DNA of 64,000 nt from Brevinematia bacterium (lineage in GTDB: Bacteria; Spirochaetota; Brevinematia; Brevinematales; JAOACQ01). Under the pieces are notes generated by a model. That model made no database searches, was not told the DNA's origin, and saw only the letters and a program-made list of their open reading frames with translations. The stretch is taken from assembly GCA_049968515.1 (NCBI GenBank), contig JBMFQR010000009.1:1528-65527 (forward strand), in the 5' to 3' direction. Made by a program: the position numbers and the translations under genes. Shown piece by piece: positions 19,795 to 29,330 of the stretch; the stretch's first letter is position 1, and each line of letters begins with the position of its first letter.

Positions 19795-20856
19795 TCAACC
19801 GAGAGATTTTATTAACTCCTGCTGCTCATTCAAAATGCAGGCATTTATGAGTTCATCACAATCCCCATCAAGTATCATATCAAGCTTATAGAGGGTTAGA
19901 TTTATCCTGTGATCAGTAACTCTATTCTGTGGAAAATTATAGGTTCTTATCTTATCAGAGCGATCCCCACTTCTAATAGAGCTTCTCCTGATTTCACTCT
20001 CTGTGGAAAGCTTCTTCTGTATCTCTAAATCAAGAAGCTTCGACCTCAAAATTCTCATAGCCGTGGCTCTATTCTGAAGTTGGGATCTTTCCTCCTGACA
20101 GGCAACAACTATTCCCGTTGGTATATGGGTAATTCTTACTGCAGATTCTGTCTTATTCACATACTGCCCCCCAGCTCCACCAGCCCTGAATGTATCTATC
20201 TTAAGATCCCTCGGGTCAATATCAATATCCACCTCATCAGCCTCTGGGAGAACAACCACGGAGGCTGTTGATGTATGAATCCTACCACCAGCTTCTGTAA
20301 TCGGGATTCTCTGGACTCTGTGCACACCGGATTCAAACTTCAAATGCCCGTAAACATCCTTCCCCTTTATTGAAAAAATGACCTCTTTATAACCACCAAG
20401 ACCAGTAGCATTAAAATCAAGGACATCATATTTCCATCTCTTCCTCTCTGCATATCTTGTATACATTCTAAAGAGATCCCCTGCAAAAATAGCAGCCTCC
20501 TCCCCACCTGTTCCAGACCTGATTTCCATTATGACATTTTTTGATGCCATATTGTCCTTTGGAAGCAACAAAAGCAATATCTCATTTTCAATATTTTCTT
20601 TCTTTGATTTAAGAATTTCAAGCTCCTCTCTGGCAAGTTTTTTTAGTTCTTCATCTTTTTCCATTTCAATAAGCTGCTTTGCTTCAAACTCTTCTTTTTC
20701 AATCTTCTTAAACTGCCTGTATTTTTCAACAAGCTCTTCAAGTTCACCCCTTTCCTTTGCAATCTTTATGTATTCACTGCTGCCGGGAGATAAATCTGTA
20801 AGTTTTTTTTCAAGATCTTCATACTTTTTTACCAGTTCAAGTGCCTTTGGATGCAT
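19795..20856 (-). CDS. prfA: peptide chain release factor 1
   Basis: GGQ loop RAGGAGGQYVNKTESAVRITH and RF1-type QRIPITEAGGRIHTS. Start moved to ATG 20856 (MHPKALEL, SD AGAGG 7 nt upstream); the track start at 20985 would overlap the upstream ABC gene by about 100 nt. Confidence 0.93.
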   Translation of the reverse strand: MHPKALELVKKYEDLEKKLTDLSPGSSEYIKIAKERGELEELVEKYRQFKKIEKEEFEAKQLIEMEKDEELKKLAREELEILKSKKENIENEILLLLLPKDNMASKNVIMEIRSGTGGEEAAIFAGDLFRMYTRYAERKRWKYDVLDFNATGLGGYKEVIFSIKGKDVYGHLKFESGVHRVQRIPITEAGGRIHTSTASVVVLPEADEVDIDIDPRDLKIDTFRAGGAGGQYVNKTESAVRITHIPTGIVVACQEERSQLQNRATAMRILRSKLLDLEIQKKLSTESEIRRSSIRSGDRSDKIRTYNFPQNRVTDHRINLTLYKLDMILDGDCDELINACILNEQQELIKSLG

Positions 20857-20881
20857 AAATTTACCTCTTTTATGACTTATT

Positions 20882-22612
20882 TCAAACAGAAAGCTGAAGT
20901 CTAAAAAGCCTGTGATATATACCTTTTTCTGAAAGAAGCTCTTTGTGAGTCCCAGTTTCAACAATTCTTCCATTTTCAAGTACAATAATTTTATCAGCCT
21001 TCATTATTGTAGATAGTTTATGGGCTATTATAAAAGTTGTCTGTTTGCCAAGTATATTTTCCATTGATTGGTGAATAAGTGCCTCTGATTCAGCATCAAG
21101 TGAACTTGTAGCTTCATCAAGTATCAAAATTCTTGGCTTTCTTAAGATTGCCCGGGCAATTGCAATCCTCTGTCTCTCTCCCCCGGAAAGATTTATACCT
21201 CTATCACCAATCTGAGTATTATATCCATCCTTAAGTTTTAATATAAAGCTATGTGCATTTGCTATCTTAGCTGCCTCAATAACATCTTCAATGGTTGCCT
21301 CAGAATTAGATAATTTTATATTCTCTTCAATTGTACCGGAAAACAAAATATTCTCCTGTGTCACAATACTAATCTGCTTCCTTATAGTCAGGGGATTATA
21401 GTTGGCAATATTCTTTTTGTCAATAAGTAGTTCCCCCTTACAGGGCAAATAAAATCCCATAATCAAAGATATAAGTGTGGATTTGCCAGCCCCACTATGA
21501 CCAACAATTGCTACAGTTTCACCTTCCTTTACCCTAAAACTAATATTCTCAAGCACATTTTTATCAGCCTCATATCCAAAATAAACTTCCCTGAACTCTA
21601 CCTCACCTCTTATAACACCAAAATCTAAAAGATTTATATTAAACTCTTCTATCTTATAATCAAGTATCTCAAAGATTCTCTTGCCTGCAGGAACAAGCTT
21701 TCTCAAAACCATAAAAACCTCTGTGGCCTTGCTTAAAGGTTCGGCAAGTATGAGGGAAAGAGTTATAAAGCTTATAATTTCGCCCGGAGTGGCAAGATTA
21801 TTTCTTACTATTACAGCACCAAAAAATAAAATTATTATAATCCCGAGAGCCCCTAAAAATTCAGATGTCGGTGTACCCAGAAATCTTACCCTCATTTCCC
21901 TCTTTGTTGCATTAAGATAATCCTTATTTACTTTAAAAAACTTACTTTTTTGATTTTCCTCAATTGCAAATCCCTTAATAACCTCTATTCCATAGATTGA
22001 TTCCTGAATAACCGAAGTCACATTGGCAATATTTTTCTGAACCGTATGGCTGAGTTTTTGAACAAGGTTTCCTATGCCTGAAATCACAACGGCTATTACT
22101 GGGGCTATCGAAAAAAAATAAATCGAAAGCTTAAAATTTATAAAAAACAAAACTAAAACCACAGAAATTAATGTGAGAGGTTGAATAAGCATTTCTACCA
22201 TAATATTCATAAAAAAAATCTCAATAATCTGCACATCATTAAGAAGCTTTGAAATAATCTCTCCAATCTTATTCTTCTTAAAATAGCTTATAGGAAGGGA
22301 AATCACCTTCTCATAAACACTCCTTCTTATATCATGCATTACATTCATTGCTAAAGAATTGGATGAAATAAAGATTAAGTAATGAAAGGTTACCCACAAA
22401 AAAGCTAAAAGAATCAATATAAAGAGTGAGAAAAAATCCGTGGAATTTATATTTCTCTCAATAAATGCAGAAGAAAAATACTTTGTGGCAAAAAAGGCTG
22501 CACCGACCTTTGCTGCAACAAATAGAATACCGAGGAAAAGAGAGATAAAAAACAGAAATGGATAACTAATTCCATAAGAAAGAATTCTAAAAAATACAGG
22601 TTTATCTTTCAT
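20882..22612 (-). CDS. ABC exporter, fused permease/ATPase (MsbA-like)
   Basis: Six-TM N-terminal half. Walker A GHSGAGKST, signature LSGGERQRIAIARA, Walker B ILILDEATSSLD. Confidence 0.85.
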   Translation of the reverse strand: MKDKPVFFRILSYGISYPFLFFISLFLGILFVAAKVGAAFFATKYFSSAFIERNINSTDFFSLFILILLAFLWVTFHYLIFISSNSLAMNVMHDIRRSVYEKVISLPISYFKKNKIGEIISKLLNDVQIIEIFFMNIMVEMLIQPLTLISVVLVLFFINFKLSIYFFSIAPVIAVVISGIGNLVQKLSHTVQKNIANVTSVIQESIYGIEVIKGFAIEENQKSKFFKVNKDYLNATKREMRVRFLGTPTSEFLGALGIIIILFFGAVIVRNNLATPGEIISFITLSLILAEPLSKATEVFMVLRKLVPAGKRIFEILDYKIEEFNINLLDFGVIRGEVEFREVYFGYEADKNVLENISFRVKEGETVAIVGHSGAGKSTLISLIMGFYLPCKGELLIDKKNIANYNPLTIRKQISIVTQENILFSGTIEENIKLSNSEATIEDVIEAAKIANAHSFILKLKDGYNTQIGDRGINLSGGERQRIAIARAILRKPRILILDEATSSLDAESEALIHQSMENILGKQTTFIIAHKLSTIMKADKIIVLENGRIVETGTHKELLSEKGIYHRLFRLQLSV

Positions 22613-22622
22613 TGTAAAATCC

Positions 22623-23687
22623 CTACTTCAAAATCGATATTCCATTGACTCCAAAGGAAGAGTACAAAAGCTTTCTTTTCTCATCGAAAAAAATCTGGTC
22701 GGCAATTGCACCCTGCTTATATATTTTAGCCAGCCTGTACTCTCTGTCCTTATACTCAAGCCCTAAAACTCCATTTATCCCGTCAGCCACAAAGACATCA
22801 TTTTTGCTCATACTAACAGAAAAGGCATCCCCCGATGTATCATAATGGAAAAATAACTTTGGCCTTGAGATATCTGAAATTTTATAAATCGTAACACCAA
22901 GCATCCTGTCAGAAACAGCAATCTTTTCGCCACTTACAGAGCAATCAGAAACATAGTTTATTTCGCTTACTATTCTTGAAACTATCCTAAATTCACCCCT
23001 TTCGAGTTTAGCTATATAAAGACCATCTTCGTTAGCAGGTATATAGAAAAGATTTTTATAATGCCTTATAATATTTCCACCATTTATATTTACCATATAT
23101 CTTTTTATCTTTCTTCCCATAAGATTATCAAATTCAAACTCAAAAATTTCTTTTGCCGAAGTCAGGACATAAATTTTGTTATCAACCACACAAAAGCTTT
23201 TTGGAGTTGAAAAGTTGAGAGGTAAAACATTTAATTCAGACACAACATTGGAAATACCAATAGAAAAGAGTATCAGCCCCCTTTCATTTTCACCCACCCC
23301 ATTTAAAAAGGAAGCCACAAAAAAATTACTTCCCCCTGCTTTTAGAACATCAATTCTCTTTATGTTAAACTTCATCTCATTGGTTTCAAGAATTAAATTT
23401 GTTACAAACTCAAGGTTTTCTCTTTTAAAAACATAAATCCCTTTTTCTCCAACAGCAGAATACAAAAGGTCATTCACTAAAATAAAATCCTCTACAACCT
23501 CTCCATTTGTACCCGTCCATTTTGCAACAAGATTAAAATTCTTTACCTTTTTTAACTGCCCCTTACCCTCAATTGCTGACTTTCCAGCATTAATAGAAAA
23601 AGTCATAACAAAAATAAAAATAACCAGCCCGAGAAAAGAAAACTGCAAAGAGGTTGGCTTCCTAAAAAATCTTAAAAAATCAGACAT
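22623..23687 (-). CDS. membrane-anchored beta-propeller protein, LVIVD-repeat-like
   Basis: N-terminal TM FSFLGLVIFIFVMTF. Recurring ...GIYVFK, GLYIAK, GVTIYKISDISRP, GVLGLE and GISILK units resemble LVIVD repeats. Start moved to MSDFL (23687); 8-nt overlap with the AMMECR1 gene. Confidence 0.4.
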   Translation of the reverse strand: MSDFLRFFRKPTSLQFSFLGLVIFIFVMTFSINAGKSAIEGKGQLKKVKNFNLVAKWTGTNGEVVEDFILVNDLLYSAVGEKGIYVFKRENLEFVTNLILETNEMKFNIKRIDVLKAGGSNFFVASFLNGVGENERGLILFSIGISNVVSELNVLPLNFSTPKSFCVVDNKIYVLTSAKEIFEFEFDNLMGRKIKRYMVNINGGNIIRHYKNLFYIPANEDGLYIAKLERGEFRIVSRIVSEINYVSDCSVSGEKIAVSDRMLGVTIYKISDISRPKLFFHYDTSGDAFSVSMSKNDVFVADGINGVLGLEYKDREYRLAKIYKQGAIADQIFFDEKRKLLYSSFGVNGISILK

Positions 23688-24240
23688 CCTTTTCCCCAAA
23701 AACCTCTGCCTCAAATTTATAAACCTTTGCACCATTTTCCCAACAATATGGTTCCATTCCAGCTTTTCTACAGGTCTGATTCAAAAACTCCTCCCTGTTC
23801 CAGCCATACTCTGTAGCAACCTGGGGAAGCAATAGCCCCTTATAATAACCCCTCTCCATTACAATCCCATGTTTGCCGACTTCTATTTCATTGATATCCT
23901 TTACCTCTTCAAGCGGGTAAAGAACAGATATCTCTACCTCTATCGCTGAAAACTCCTCTTTTGTAAGAGGATAAAAACGAGGATCTTTGAAAGCCGACTG
24001 AATGGCAAGATCCTTCACAGCTTCCCTCAAAGGCTTGATTCCTTCAATATAACCAATACAGCCTCTTAACCTCCCATGAATGGTAAGTGTTACAAATACC
24101 CCATATTCTTCAGAAAAGATTTCGTCTGACATATCTGGAAATTCTTCCTCTAGATTTTCAAACAACGCCTTCTTGATAGTCAACCTGGCGAGTAGAAGTA
24201 ACTTTCTCTTCTGTTCAGAAGTAAGTTTTAATTTTTTCAT
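23680..24240 (-). CDS. AMMECR1-domain protein
   Basis: LRGCIGY motif, FKDPRF, LLLPQV; 186 aa. Confidence 0.8.
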   Translation of the reverse strand: MKKLKLTSEQKRKLLLLARLTIKKALFENLEEEFPDMSDEIFSEEYGVFVTLTIHGRLRGCIGYIEGIKPLREAVKDLAIQSAFKDPRFYPLTKEEFSAIEVEISVLYPLEEVKDINEIEVGKHGIVMERGYYKGLLLPQVATEYGWNREEFLNQTCRKAGMEPYCWENGAKVYKFEAEVFGEKDV

Positions 24241-24267
24241 AACAAACCTCCAGATTTTTTTAATGTT

Positions 24268-25371
24268 TTACCTAATTTTTAATGTTGTCAAAGATAGAAG
24301 TGCAAAAAGAGCAGCAAGTATCCAGAATCTTATCACAACCTGGGTCTCTTTCCAGCCCTTTTTCTCAAAATGATGATGTATAGGTGCCATCAGAAAAACT
24401 CTTTTACCAGCCCCATATTTTTTTTTAGTGTATTTAAAATATGTGGTTTGAATTAAAACAGAAAGTGTTTCAAGCACAAACATAAACCCTGCAATAACAA
24501 GCAAAACCTCCTGCTTTAAGATAACAGCAACAGTGGCAATCATACCGCCTATGGCAAGAGAACCAGTATCACCCATAATTATTTCGGCAGGATAAACATT
24601 ATACCACAAAAATGCCCCGAGTCCACCAACAAACGCAGAAAGAATTACAGCAATCTCACCAGCTCCGGGAATAAAAGGAAATTTAAGATAATCAGAGGCA
24701 ACAAAGTTACCTATGACATACGCCATAATGCCAAAAGGAACAATCAGAAAAATGCTCATTCCCGCAGCAAGACCATCAAGACCATCGGAAAGATTTGTCG
24801 CATTTGAAAAAGCCACAATCGTAAAGATAACAAAAATTATGCCCAGTAAAGGCGGCCAGAAAAAAAATGGTCTGTTAAGAAATGGTATATAAAAAGACCA
24901 CGAAAACCTCTCACCAGATGGATTGAAATAAAGTAAAAGAAAGATGACAGATGCAGAAATTATCTGCAGGATGAGTTTCAATCTGGCTTTGATTCCCTTT
25001 GAATTTTTCATTGAAATCTTAAGATAATCATCATAAAAGCCAATCGCAGCAAAAACGATTATAGAAAATAAAACCACAAACACATAATAATTATAGATAT
25101 TCCAGAGAAGGGAAGAAATTATTACGGAAATAATGATAAAAATCCCCCCCATCGTAGGTGTCCCAGCCTTTACAATGTGGGTTTCCGGACCATCATCTCT
25201 GATTGATTGGCCGATGCCGATTTTTTTAAACTTTCTTATGAAAATCGGTGCCAGTATCATTCCGATAAAAAAGGCTGTAAAAAAAGCGGCAAGCGATCTG
25301 AATGTTATATACCTCAAAAGATTAAACACAATAAATTTCGTTCTTAAATTGAAAAGAAGATAATAAAGCAT
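24268..25371 (-). CDS. mraY: phospho-N-acetylmuramoyl-pentapeptide transferase
   Basis: TPTMGG, NATNLSDGLDGLA, MGDTGSLAIGG, APIHHHFE; 367 aa, polytopic. Confidence 0.95.
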   Translation of the reverse strand: MLYYLLFNLRTKFIVFNLLRYITFRSLAAFFTAFFIGMILAPIFIRKFKKIGIGQSIRDDGPETHIVKAGTPTMGGIFIIISVIISSLLWNIYNYYVFVVLFSIIVFAAIGFYDDYLKISMKNSKGIKARLKLILQIISASVIFLLLYFNPSGERFSWSFYIPFLNRPFFFWPPLLGIIFVIFTIVAFSNATNLSDGLDGLAAGMSIFLIVPFGIMAYVIGNFVASDYLKFPFIPGAGEIAVILSAFVGGLGAFLWYNVYPAEIIMGDTGSLAIGGMIATVAVILKQEVLLVIAGFMFVLETLSVLIQTTYFKYTKKKYGAGKRVFLMAPIHHHFEKKGWKETQVVIRFWILAALFALLSLTTLKIR

Positions 25372-25441
25372 AAGACTCTCCAGAATAAAGATTTTTCACC
25401 TAATATTATAAAGCATAATAATCTTATTGTCCAGAATAATT

Positions 25442-26689
25442 TTAAGCCTCTTTTTCTGATTTGGAAAGGTTTTTAATAAGATTTGAAAGCTCCTGACGTG
25501 TTTCATCATCATCTATAAAGAATTCAAATGCTACATTCAGTCCGGCATTTTCACCGGAAATATAGTGATACCTGACAACTCTGGATTTAATATTAAGCAA
25601 TTTATCTTTATACTTTAAAGAAAGCACAACGACTGTATTCTCTTTAATATAGTGAGTGATGTAAACATTCTTTGTGTTTGCAAGTATTCCCCCCATTGAG
25701 AGATCTATAACCGAAAACAAAACATCAGCACTCTCGCTTGTAGTCTGGGTCTTAACAATAACCTCTCCAACAATATCAGCTAGTCCCTTTATATAAAATA
25801 TTTCATAAATACTCAGAGGCTTATACTTGGGATCATTTGGAACAGAAACCTCAATAACACCAAACACTCTATCACCAATTATAATCGGAACCATACAATA
25901 GGAAATAATCCCCTTGGAAACATAACTCTGTCTGATCTGCTCAAGGATCTGAGGATTAACCTTCTTGCCTACAATTTCAAAGTATTTCTCATAACCCACA
26001 ACTCCATATTTTTCACCAAGATGAACATAACTTGTAAGATTATCGGTATCTCCAACCCAGAATGTTTTTTTATAAACATTAACAACATTTTCAATGGGAG
26101 TAAGTTTAGAAATATCCTTAAAAAGGTTAATTCTAAACCTGTTTGAAAATCTTGAAAGTTCTTCTCCAATCATCTTAATAACTTTTTTGACATCCGGCTT
26201 TTCGTTCTGAACCTCAAGATATATACTTCTCAGCGTAGCAGGTAGCTCAGCAAGATTAACAACAGAGGTTTTTGTAACCTCTGTTGCCTCAATGTTTTTA
26301 ATAAATACCTTTATTTCTTCAAGACCGGATACTCTCGGATACTTTCTTACAGAATGAAAAAGAAGCTTTTCAGGAAGGTTCATTTCAAGGTTTCTTAAAG
26401 AAGTATTAACAAGTCTTATATTAACCGGTTCAGAACTATAAAAATTATTATTTAAGTCAAAGCAGATTTTTACATTCTTTAAAGCGATAATATCTGGCAT
26501 CTCATCATAAAAAATTCCCAGCAATGAAGGATCAGCCTTGGTTATAAAACCTGATAATTGAAATCTCTTTTCCTCATTCTCAAGTCTGATTTTTACCCTG
26601 TTCAATCTCAATTTGTTGAATAGAGAAACTATTTCATTTCGCTGACTTATTTCTTTCTCCACAAGTTTTCCCCTGATTTTAAAGCTCAA
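25442..26689 (-). CDS. PilZN / GAF-like / PilZ-like protein (candidate c-di-GMP receptor)
   Basis: N-terminal YcgR-N-like segment ending LPEKLLFHSVRKYPRV (RxxxR), middle GAF-like end VPIIIGDRVFGVIEVSV, C-terminal barrel with DLSMGG (DxSxxG). Paralogue of 58898..60076. Confidence 0.45.
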   Translation of the reverse strand: MSFKIRGKLVEKEISQRNEIVSLFNKLRLNRVKIRLENEEKRFQLSGFITKADPSLLGIFYDEMPDIIALKNVKICFDLNNNFYSSEPVNIRLVNTSLRNLEMNLPEKLLFHSVRKYPRVSGLEEIKVFIKNIEATEVTKTSVVNLAELPATLRSIYLEVQNEKPDVKKVIKMIGEELSRFSNRFRINLFKDISKLTPIENVVNVYKKTFWVGDTDNLTSYVHLGEKYGVVGYEKYFEIVGKKVNPQILEQIRQSYVSKGIISYCMVPIIIGDRVFGVIEVSVPNDPKYKPLSIYEIFYIKGLADIVGEVIVKTQTTSESADVLFSVIDLSMGGILANTKNVYITHYIKENTVVVLSLKYKDKLLNIKSRVVRYHYISGENAGLNVAFEFFIDDDETRQELSNLIKNLSKSEKEA

Positions 26690-26692
26690 TTC

Positions 26693-27763
26693 CTACTGCA
26701 CAAGAACCTTATAAAATAAAATATCCCCTTTTTCATTTCCTGCAACAAGTAAACTATTATCTATACTAAAATCAATGCTAAAAACTGAACTCCCAGCACT
26801 AATTTTTTTTAAAACATTGCCTGTGTTTAAACTAAAAAAATATATGTCACCATCCCTACCACCGGAAACAACCACATCCTCATCTAAAAATCTCGCAACA
26901 AGAACACTATCAATATGTGCACTTAATACCCTTGCAGGTTTATCCAGATTATTCATATCAAAAACGACAACCTTTCCCCCTGCATCAGCAAAAAGGAAAA
27001 AGCTACTGTCTGGAGAAAAATCAACAAACTCTACAGGATAATCATTCTTAATCATTTTTTTCAGCTTCAAATCTGGAAAATTATAAAGACAAACAAGTTT
27101 TTCACTCCCACCACACAGGGCAAATTTCTCATCTTTTGAAATAGAGACACTCCAGACCTCTTTAATGCCGGTAGAGACCTCTTTCTTCAAAGACAAGTCT
27201 GGAAAACTCCACAAAACCAGCCTCCCATCAGATCCACCGGTAAGGATAAAATGATCCTTTGAGATAAATAAACTCTGTACTCCAGACCTATGACCAAAAA
27301 CCCTTGAATAAACCCTGAAAGAATTATTCACATCATAAACAACAATTTCCTCATAGGCACCAACGGCAAGAAAAGCTCCATTCTTACTAAAACTTACAGG
27401 AATACCCCACCTGCCCTTATAATCAAAAGCTATATTTGTAACAACCTTATTTTCTTTCCATCTACATACAGAAATAGTGTTATCAGCACTTCCAGAGACT
27501 ATAACATCACTCCATATATCAAGATAGAATACATAATCCTTATGTTTAAAACCATTAAACAGATAATCAACCTCTATAATTTTTTCACTTTTTCTATCCA
27601 CAGATTTAAGGGGTTTACTTTCATTAACACAGGAGAAAAAAAACAAAAAAGAAGAAATCAAAACCAAAAACATCGATATAAACAAAAAGGCTGAAGTTTC
27701 CCCCCAGCCTTTATAATTATCATAAGAAGTTCCTAACAAAATAGACACAAAGAATAAACTCAA
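26693..27763 (-). CDS. WD40-repeat beta-propeller protein with N-terminal hydrophobic anchor
   Basis: About seven blades (SGSADNTISV, TGGSDGRLVLWSF, CGGSEKLVCLYNF, SGGRDGDIYFFSL, AGNEKGDILFYKV). N-terminal FLVLISSFLFFFSC, a possible lipobox. The track start is a TTG 3 nt after the upstream stop; alternative ATG at 27673. Confidence 0.6.
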   Translation of the reverse strand: MSLFFVSILLGTSYDNYKGWGETSAFLFISMFLVLISSFLFFFSCVNESKPLKSVDRKSEKIIEVDYLFNGFKHKDYVFYLDIWSDVIVSGSADNTISVCRWKENKVVTNIAFDYKGRWGIPVSFSKNGAFLAVGAYEEIVVYDVNNSFRVYSRVFGHRSGVQSLFISKDHFILTGGSDGRLVLWSFPDLSLKKEVSTGIKEVWSVSISKDEKFALCGGSEKLVCLYNFPDLKLKKMIKNDYPVEFVDFSPDSSFFLFADAGGKVVVFDMNNLDKPARVLSAHIDSVLVARFLDEDVVVSGGRDGDIYFFSLNTGNVLKKISAGSSVFSIDFSIDNSLLVAGNEKGDILFYKVLVQ

Positions 27764-27766
27764 ACA

Positions 27767-28489
27767 TTACCAGTGATCAAGCATATCATCCGGATTCTGT
27801 TTTGTCTCAGAAAAGAGATCCACATCCGCTGTCATATAATCCAGATAGGTATAAAATGGCCTCCCCAAAATATCATCTGGATCAAAATCAAGCCTAAAAC
27901 CTATAAATGTAATACCTCTGTCCTCTGTAACCTTATAATTCTCCTGATGAATCGTGTCCGGAATGTTAATATTTACCTGTTTCCATCCAGTCCATATAAG
28001 TTTCTCTGATCTGACAACCTTCAATCTATCCAGATAGTCCTTTAGTATCAAACTTATAGAATGTTTATAATTTCTACCAACAACCCAGAGAGAAACCGTC
28101 TTGGTAATACCCTTTATCTTTATGGGTTTTGCAGGTTCAATAGTTGCCCAGCCCCACTCTCTTTTCATAAACTCAATCTTTACACCGAGTACATATTTAT
28201 TTTTGTCAGTTGCAATATCCCTCGGTGAACCCTCTCTTCTCATAGAAGTTGCAATTCCAAAGTCTCTCGGCATAAAGGCAGTCCATTCTCCTGCTGTTTC
28301 AAAATCTTCCACGAGTACAGTCTGAACAAGCTCGGTTGCTACAGTTTTATCAGCCGATTCTCTTGCGTTTGTATTAATAACCTCAAGCTCGCCAACTCTT
28401 TTATAACCCGCATCACCAACCTGCTGGGAATAAATAATCCCTGTAAGTAACAGTGTAAACAATGTAAAATAAAATATTTTCCCTTTCAT
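27767..28489 (-). CDS. flaA: FlaA-family protein (flagellar filament outer-layer protein-like)
   Basis: Signal peptide MKGKIFYFTLFTLLLTGIIYSQQ. FlaA core pattern VLVEDFE..W, LGVKIEF..REWGWATIEP, VSLWVVGRNYKHSISLILKDYLD, IWTGWKQVNINIP..IHQ, FIGFRLDFDP, YTYLDYM. Confidence 0.65.
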   Translation of the reverse strand: MKGKIFYFTLFTLLLTGIIYSQQVGDAGYKRVGELEVINTNARESADKTVATELVQTVLVEDFETAGEWTAFMPRDFGIATSMRREGSPRDIATDKNKYVLGVKIEFMKREWGWATIEPAKPIKIKGITKTVSLWVVGRNYKHSISLILKDYLDRLKVVRSEKLIWTGWKQVNINIPDTIHQENYKVTEDRGITFIGFRLDFDPDDILGRPFYTYLDYMTADVDLFSETKQNPDDMLDHW

Positions 28490-28501
28490 ATCACACCTCT
28501 C

Positions 28502-29314
28502 TTACCAAGCCTTTGTGGCAAGGTCATCGCCATTGAACCTTTCCAAATAAACATCAGTCTGAACCTGCAGATAATCAAAATAGGCATAGAATTGATCCAC
28601 TCTCTCATCGGGATACGCCCATATCTTGATAGTCTGAAGCTTCAATGGCTTTAAAAAAGGCACCCTGTTCTCAGCCTGTGGAATATATTCAGGTATCTTG
28701 GTTCTCAAGTTTCTCCATCCAACATACTTAATGTCACCCACCGGTATTCTATGGAGAAAACCCTTGTAATCAAGCAGATAAAACTCAATCCAATAATTAT
28801 AGTTTCCACCCCATACCCACATATCAAGACTTTTAATAATACCCACAAGTGGCAATGGCTCAAGTTTAGCCTCGACATCAGCATTGGGTGCACCTTGTGA
28901 GTCTAAAATACTCTTACCATCAGTCTTGGCAGGATAAAGCTCAATCCAATTATAACCTTTTTTAATAAACTGAGCCTTCACTCCCAACGACCATTTTTGC
29001 CTGACATCAACCTCCTGAGGTAAACCCAGCGGCTTTGCTTCAAAATACCTTACATTGCAGGCATTTGAATCCCACCCACTCATTTCCTTTGTGGGGTCGC
29101 TCGGTTTTGCAAATCTTGAAAACCTCACCTTCCATACAACACCATTGGTTTGATCCTTTTCATCTCCGAAATCAGAGACAGTTATAGTCTGGAGATTGAT
29201 AGTTTCTCTGCCTTTCTCAGAAAAACCAAAAGAAAAAACAACATTATAAGCTGCCATAGATATAAATAAGATCAGCAAAAAAGTAAATAACTTCAACCTT
29301 CCTTTGTATTTCAT
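28502..29314 (-). CDS. flaA: FlaA-family protein, second paralogue
   Basis: Signal peptide MKYKGRLKLFTFLLILFISMAAYN. VWKVRFSRF, LGVKAQFIKKGYNWIELYPA, LDMWVWGGNYNYWIEFYLLDYKGF, KYVGWRNLRTKIPEYIPQ, YAYFDYLQVQTD. Start moved to ATG 29314 (SD AGGAG 7 nt upstream), which removes the overlap with panD. Confidence 0.65.
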   Translation of the reverse strand: MKYKGRLKLFTFLLILFISMAAYNVVFSFGFSEKGRETINLQTITVSDFGDEKDQTNGVVWKVRFSRFAKPSDPTKEMSGWDSNACNVRYFEAKPLGLPQEVDVRQKWSLGVKAQFIKKGYNWIELYPAKTDGKSILDSQGAPNADVEAKLEPLPLVGIIKSLDMWVWGGNYNYWIEFYLLDYKGFLHRIPVGDIKYVGWRNLRTKIPEYIPQAENRVPFLKPLKLQTIKIWAYPDERVDQFYAYFDYLQVQTDVYLERFNGDDLATKAW

Positions 29315-29330
29315 ATGCCTCTCCTTAGAA

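Noticed and set aside
19795-20985. Long N-terminal extensions in the track ORFs for prfA and for flaA-2, fliK, hisG, DJ-1, uppP, tmk, the sigma-like gene and the antitoxin.
   Set aside because: Internal ATGs have better SD sequences, match family-typical N-termini and remove implausible overlaps with upstream genes. The shortened coordinates are reported in the features.
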